Assembly (NCBI GenBank): GCA_951406725.2
Contig: OX597824.1
Location: forward strand, 64,976,001 to 65,040,000
Length of the DNA: 64,000 bases
DNA from: Octopus vulgaris
Lineage: Eukaryota
Direction of reading: 5' to 3'
The notes beneath the pieces were generated by a model. The model was not told the DNA's origin, ran no database searches, and saw only the letters and a list, made by a program, of their open reading frames with translations. Shown here piece after piece: positions 57,204 to 64,000 of this stretch. Position 1 is the first letter of the stretch; every line of letters begins with the position of its first letter. The position numbers and the translations under genes are program-made.

Positions 57204-58285
57204 GTCCGTTTTTCTGTCCCTGTTTCGTATACATTCGATCCTTCTTCCAAGAAATCTAATGCTCATAGCTTAGTTTTTCCTTAGGGCTGGCCGGATCGGA
57301 GCGATCTCAAGATTAATCAGCCGAAATTGCTAGGATGATCCGGTTCTTGACTGAAGATTGAAGGCTTCGAATGTCCCGTCCGTGTTTTTTGTATCGTCTT
57401 CTAAATGTTTTACGTTCTTGTCCCAGTTTGTATTTTTCTACATATAAAATATATATAGCGACGTCCGTACCCTCGTTGGCCTTATGTAAGTACATATTCC
57501 TGTAAATTTGGTATGAATCTACACACTGTCTCTCTCTCCTACATTTCTCTGCCATTCACACTTTGCGCTCTACTTTGATCTGTCCCCTTCTCTCTCTCTC
57601 TCTCTATCTCTCTCTCTACTTCTCCTCCTTTTCTCTTTTCTTGCCTCTGATTCTTTGGTCTACTCTTCCCCCCACTCTCTCACAATTCTCTGTCTTTCTC
57701 ACTTTGCACTCACTAGCCCTCCTTGGCACACACTCTTTCTTCTCCCCTCTTTAATTCCTTCTTTCTCTCTCTTCTCCCCCCTTTGTTGCCTTCGTCCCTC
57801 TTTATCTCTCTTTTTGTTTCCTTTACCTCCTTTCTTTTCTCTATCTTCTCTCACGTGACCGCTGGTCAAAATCAGCCTTTTGGCCTCCGACCACTGCCGT
57901 GAGAACATCTGTTGTCTTCGTCTGCCGATAAAGGCATTTTCTCCAAATACGCCAGCTAAACTTGTACTGTTTATTAGTCGTAAGACACCCGCTGTTTTTT
58001 GTCCTGTTTTTACTATTATTGTTTTTTGTATTTTATATTCGTCTGGCATCGTCCGTTTTTCTGTCCCTGTTTCGTATACATTCGATCCTTCTTCCAAGAA
58101 ATCTAATGCTCGTAGCTTAGTTTTTCCTTGGGGCTGGCCGGATCGGAGCGATCTCAAGATTAATCAGCCGAAATTGCTAGGATGATCCGGTTCTTGACTG
58201 AAGATTGAAGGCTTCGAATGTCCCGTCCGTGTTTTTTGTATTGTCTTCTAAATGTTTTACGTTCTTGTCCCAGTTTGTATTTTTC

Positions 58286-58294
<9 letters not shown>
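57204..58294 (+). mobile_element. Non-coding element with 244-bp direct terminal repeats (pseudo-LTR type)
   Basis: 57204-57447 and 58051-58294 are near identical, about 3 substitutions by eye. Flanked by (TA)n. Confidence 0.85.
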
Positions 58295-58337
<43 letters not shown>

Positions 58338-58340
<3 letters not shown>

Positions 58341-59690
58341 ATTCCAATTCCAAGGGAGAGGAATATCCTCATGGGACGACAGACGAAGGTTGCAAATCGC
58401 CTCAACCAACGTTCCAAAAGTAGCGAAAGGTCTCGCCTAAAACCAACACTGATGGAAATTGATAAAAACTTGCAACAATCCTATGTGAGGGAGAGAGCAG
58501 ACAAAGAAGCCTGGGTTATAAAAAAACATTATGTCAAACCCAAAGGCCTTCTATCATTATGCGAAAGAAATACCCACAGTACACAGCAAGATAGGACCCC
58601 TCTTCCAAAAGGATGGCTCCCTCACAGATAGTCCAACCAGAATCAGTGAGGTACTGAATGACCAGTTCAAAAGTGTCTGTACCACCCCGTTGGAACACAA
58701 ACATGTGAAAGAAGCAGTGGATTTCTTTGTCGCCTCACCTATAACCAGTTATGATGGAAAACATCGACATTTGCGAAGATATACTACTATCCATAGATGA
58801 GGTGGACGCAAACTCAACTGCTGTTCCCGACGATTTCCGAAATCGCGTAAGCGTGCCCTGACATAACCCCTCCAGATTCTCTTCCAGAGCTTTCTTGCAA
58901 ATGGCAGGCTGCAAAGCAAGCTGAAGGAGGGAATAATATGCGCAATCCATAAAGGGAGAAGCAGAACAGATACCAAAAACTGTCTATCTCTCTGACTTCA
59001 CACATCAGCAAAGTCATGGAACGGATAGCCAGAGGGAAACTAATCACATACCTTAAAGAAAATAATTTGCTGAGTGATACCCAGCATGGCTTTCGACCAG
59101 GTGGGAGCTGCCTGACCCAACTCTTACAACATTATAACTGGATGTTGAGGCAGTTAATCAACAACTCAAATGTGGACGTAATATACCTTGATTTTGCAAA
59201 AGCTTTTGATAAAGTAGATCATGGTATGATATGCCACAAACTGATGGACTTTCTGAAAGATAGAAGTCAAGCAGTAGTTGCCAATGGAGCCACCTAAATG
59301 AAAATACAACTGGTGAGCGGTGTTCCACAGGGCACTGTCTTGGGACCATTACTTTTCATAGTGGCCCTCTCAGATATACCCTCAACTGCCCGGATAGCCA
59401 CCCTTGCTAGCTTCGCAGACGATACGAAAGTCTCCCAAAAAATACAGAACCCCAGCGATGTTGTACATCTGCAGCAGGAGTTGGACTCCATTTACAGATG
59501 GGATGAGGATAATAATATGCAGTTTAAAGCTCATAAATTCCAAGCCCTGCGCTACCAGCGTCCAAAACTGAAGATGAAACTTACAGGGTACGCTGGTCCT
59601 CAGGGAATTACAATCACATAGCCTAAATCAGTGAGGGACCTGGGTATCGACATGAGTAATGATACCTCTTTTCAAGTGCATATTACCACC
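58338..59690 (+). pseudogene. CR1/L2-group LINE reverse transcriptase remnant
   Basis: QHGFRPGGSCLTQLL, YLDFAKAFDKVDHG, SGVPQGTVLGPLLF and FADDTK, with frameshifts, stops and deletions. Confidence 0.93.
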
Positions 59691-60399
59691 ATAACCTCTT
59701 TTAGGCTTAGCAGCCCTTCCTGTTTCTTTTCACTGCTCTATTTGTGTTACCTATTTTGACCCTCCGTAAAATCCCAAATTTTATTTCATTTGCTTTGCAG
59801 GAGCAACTTTTTTTATCGAAAGCGTATATTGTTAAATGCTCGAAATACGAGACTAGAAAAACAGCCAACAACTGATGAAGGGTCGTTCTTTATTTTTTGA
59901 TTTGTTTTTCATTTGATCTTTCGTTGTTCGAAAGAATAGTCCATGTACTCGTGCTTCATGGCACATGTTGTCAATATATATATATATATATATAGACAAT
60001 GTGTGTGTGTGTGTGTGTGTGTGTGTGTTCTTTATTTCTGAATTATGGCTAGCATTGATTTCATGTTAAGAAGGGCGGGAAAATAACCAAGTATCTTAAT
60101 AATTTTTCAAGCCGATCACAATGCAGAAAGGTTTTCGCTTCCATTTTGGAAAACAATCTCATTTTATTTACGGGATTACTCGTAAATTCTCGTAAATGAA
60201 ACACTGAATCACGGGGACGCTACTCTAAAATACATTTTCGGCGTTTATCTCCCTTGAATTCGTCTCTACGGTACATTTCTTAATTTTTTGTATTATTTGT
60301 ATCAACTTGTTCTGGGCATAGTGTTTGTACTTGTATATTGGAGCTTGTTTCTTCTTTGTGTGGAGTATAGACGTGTAGTGTGCGCATCAGATTTTTGTT

Positions 60400-60790
60400 T
60401 TCACCGAACGTATCGAACATTACACCTAGTTTTGCCAAAAGCATGGTGATACTTAAGCTCAAACCATCCAAAACATTCACTGGCTTTTGGTGATGGTGCT
60501 ATGGTCAAAATTGAAATCAAGGAGTGGTACGATCGCTTCAAACATGGCAGAACCTTAGTGGAGAACCAGGCAGGTTCAGGCAGGCTATCCACAAGCTGGA
60601 ACGAGGAGTCAACAGAGTAGGTCCAGCGAATAGTCATGGAAGACTGTTGTGAAACATTCTACAAAATGGCTCACGAAGTGGGACTAAGCACAGAATCAGT
60701 GCATTCCATTTTAGCCGAGGATTTGTGCATGCGGAGTGTGTCGGCGAAATTCGTCCCCAAGGGGCTGGCGGATCGGAAATCGCTTAGGAC
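60400..60790 (+). pseudogene. Mariner transposase N-terminal HTH remnant
   Basis: AFGDGAM...IKEWYDRFKHGRTLVENQAGSGRLST and later VHSILAEDLCMRSVSAKFVP. Confidence 0.8.
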
Positions 60791-61102
60791 ATACTAGACT
60801 GTGCAAACCACGACCCAGACTTCATAAAGTGTATACATACACACACACATACACACATAAACGCGTACAGGCATGGATAGGCACCGTGCACGAGTGTCTT
60901 CTACTATATCCTAAGGCCGACCAAGGCCTTGTGAATACATTTGGGAAACAGAAACCGAAAGAAGACCATGGTATGTATGTATGTATGTATGTATGTATGT
61001 ATGTATGTATGTATGTATGTATGTATGTATGTATGTATGTATGTATGTATGTATGTATGTATGTATGTATGTATGTATGCATGCATGCATGCATGCATGC
61101 AA

Positions 61103-61260
61103 ACGCAGGTATGGTTGTGTGATTAAGAAGCTTGCTGCCCAACTGTGTTGTGTTCAATCCCACTACACGCTACCTTTGGCAAATATCTCTCAATATAGCC
61201 CCGAGCCGACCAAAGCTTTGTCAACGAATTTGGTTGATGGAAACTGAAAGGAGCCCGCCG
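61103..61260 (+). mobile_element. Octopus-type tRNA SINE (5' half); further partial copies at ~60868-60968 (+) and ~61500-61660 (-)
   Basis: Homologous to 23972-24140. Confidence 0.7.
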
Positions 61261-62075
61261 TGCGCGCGCGTGCGTGCGTGTGTCTATCTATTAAATAGGC
61301 TTGTCAAGGTTCGAACAGCAGTATTCAGGACCCGTTTTCAGAGTCTCACAGACAGATCTTTGAATAGGGTGGAAGTTATCCTTAGTTCGAATGCTTGCAA
61401 TAAACTGGACTCTGCTAAAGCCCACACTCCAAGGGCCAGGTGGAGGTGTTAAACTGGGGAAGAGGACGGTTTATGTCGTCTACCCAAAAACAGGAAGGGT
61501 TCCTCCGACTTGTTTCTACAGTTTCCGTCAACCGATTTTTCTTCACAAGTCTTTAGTTAACCCGAAACTGAAGTAAAAGTTATTTGTCTATGTACCGTGG
61601 TATGAAATTGCACCCGACACCATACAGCAGGAAAGTGAACTTCTTAACCATATGCCTGTACCCAATAAAGCATTCGGATCAAACACTGATTACAGCTGTT
61701 CGAGCTGAGCATGAGTCTCGTCAGTGTGGGATAGAAACTTGTAAAGTTATGACAATCGCTTCCCCAACCTTTCTATCTCTTGAGTAACGTTTTGAAAAAC
61801 AATGTTGTTATTCGAGAACAAAGAAAAATTTATTAATCAGTGGTCAAGAAAGTTACGAATTTTTTCATGGTCTAGGAGAGATAACTCCATATTTACCATT
61901 TTTCAAATTCTAGATGGCATTTTTTTTTTTGGCCTTTTTATTGACTGAAGTTCTTACTGCGGGATGAAACCGCAAATGTATTAAAATGCCTCGAGTTGTT
62001 TGTACAGTGGTGTGCACGCGCGTGCATGTACACACACACACACACACACACAGACAGACAGACAGACAGATAGAC

Positions 62076-62125
<50 letters not shown>

Positions 62126-63289
62126 GCATAGTCACGATTTCGACTAAGGGGTGTCTCACTTACCAAAATTAATAACTGCTATATAAGCAAATTCTCTCGC
62201 CAGGAGGTCACCGCGCCCATTTTTTCCACATATCAAGGGCACAGAAAGAATCTATTTACATTGTTACACAATATTAATTTATACATTTGGGATCTTGTAT
62301 ATCTGGCTGCACAAGTTACAGAGGTTTAAAGTTTGAACATTTTTACCCAATCAGAAAACAGGATTTGGGAACTGTCATTTTGTGCGTCATTGCATTGCGA
62401 CGATAGCATGTGTTTTAATATCAAACTGTAAACAAATGAAATATTGGCGAAATTCTGCTTTACGCATACCTCGTAACTTTTTTTAATTTTTTGGAATTTT
62501 CAGAAAATTTTGGCGAATTTGTATTCTACACCCAGAAATGCATACGATTGTGAAAAAAAAATTTGGTGCGTGATTTAAGGCCTATTTCGCAGTTATTTTT
62601 AGCACATCTCACGAACACGTTATAAAAAGGAACACGTGGTAACAGCTTGGCTTGTTACTATGGAAACAGGCACTTAGATGTATGTGGCTTTCGATTGACT
62701 AAAATTACCCAAAATTTGCAAACTTTAAAAGCTATTACTCTATTGATTTATGACGAAAATGAATTTCATGTCAATAATCACAATACAAAACTACATCAAT
62801 GCGCCAAATATGAAATCGATTGAAACAAAATTGAAGAAATTGAAAAGTGGCAGCCACACAATAGTAATTATAATTATACATAATTTGTATCACTATGAAA
62901 GCTTTCATTAACTTGTATATATTTTTTAATTCTTGAAAACTGATACTTGACATTTTCATAAAGTTATACAAAACAATATAGTAGTAGTAGTAGTAGTAGT
63001 AGAAGAGGTAGTAGTTTCTTTTATTAGACACAGAAACATTGATGAGGGGACATCACAAGGACAGTCAACAATTTGTGTGGTTGTTTACAAAAAAGATAAA
63101 GAGAAGAAAATGGAAAAGGCAGTGATATGTGATAGAAGTAAACTAAGTATACAAATTATATGATAACATTAGTGATGTTGTCCTCCTGATATAGGAGAAA
63201 CTCCAACTTAGAGCAATCAAAGAACCCCACAGATCCAAGATTATCCTGACCACGAGACCTCATCCAACTCTTGTTCTCCAATTTATATG

Positions 63290-63720
63290 CGCGTGCTTTG
63301 AGAAGAGTCATTAATCCTAACCATTTTGCCAGTTAACCTTTCGCAAATTCACTGGGAGGTAGCATCTTCCTCTCCACCTTCACTTTCTTTTCCAAGTGGG
63401 ACTTAGGAAAAATCGATGACGTCTTGACCAGAGGGAAGCGTCTTATCTCAATCCTTTCAGCTTCGTCCGCGAAACAACCTCTTTCACCATAACCACTCTT
63501 GTGGGCGGTGTCTTTTTTTTTTTTTTTTTTTTGCTGTTGTTTCCACTTTTGTTGTTGTTTGTTGAGCGAAACGGTCTTCGTACCAGTGTGGGAGAAGTCT
63601 GAAACGTGGTCCTTTACTATTCGTAAGACCCGCAGAAGAGAAAGCAGGTCAACCCCCGACACCGAGAGCATCGACGGATGGATGAATGTGCATCCAGGCT
63701 CAGCGGTTGCGTAGGAAGTC
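63290..63720 (-). pseudogene. L1/Tx1-like LINE ORF2 C-terminal remnant
   Basis: ...IFPKSHLEKKVKVERKMLPPSEFAK.W resembles the C-terminal tail of L1/Tx1 ORF2; frameshifted. Confidence 0.5.
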
Positions 63721-63721
63721 G

Positions 63722-63908
63722 GGGATAAGAAACAGGAAGAAAGAGTGAGAGAAAGTTGGAGCGAAAGAGTACAACAGGGGTTGCCACCACCCCCCTGCCG
63801 GAGCCTCGTGGAGCTTTAGGTGTTTTCGCTCAATAAACACACACAACGCCCGATCTGGGAATCGAAACTGCGAGTCCGCTGCCCTAACCATTGGGCCATT
63901 GCGCCTCC
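63722..63908 (-). mobile_element. tRNA-derived SINE, second family
   Basis: Minus strand ggaggcgcaatggcccaatggttagggcagcggactcgc...tttcgattccc (A and B boxes) followed by a SINE body. Confidence 0.75.
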
Positions 63909-64000
63909 TGTTATTGTTGTTGTAGTTATGGTGGTGCTTCTAATCTTGTAGCTGGTATTGCAGTCATTGTTGCTGCTGTTGTTGTTGCTGCTGCTGTAGC

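Overview
AT-rich eukaryotic DNA saturated with microsatellites and decayed transposable elements. The repeat families look like an octopus/coleoid cephalopod genome; this is inferred from recall, not searched. I find no credible host protein-coding exon: almost all ORF-track entries are translations of simple repeats. Recognisable relics are two hAT transposase pseudogenes, a hAT MITE, a Merlin-like element with an 8-bp TSD, several Tc1/mariner fragments, CR1/L2-like, RTE-like and L1/Tx1-like LINE fragments, many tRNA-derived SINEs and possible solo LTRs. The most interesting signal is a set of about 11 hammerhead-ribozyme-like motifs (CTGANGA...GAAA with paired stems, from intact to decayed). 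They sit in short non-coding elements, mostly inside (TA)n/(AAT)n tracts and often arranged as fold-back or direct repeats. With them are a Penelope-like GIY-YIG endonuclease remnant and one element joining a tRNA-like Pol III head to a hammerhead tail. Together these suggest a diverse, microsatellite-targeted family of non-autonomous Penelope-dependent, retrozyme-like elements. Coordinates were read by eye and boundaries may be off by some bases.
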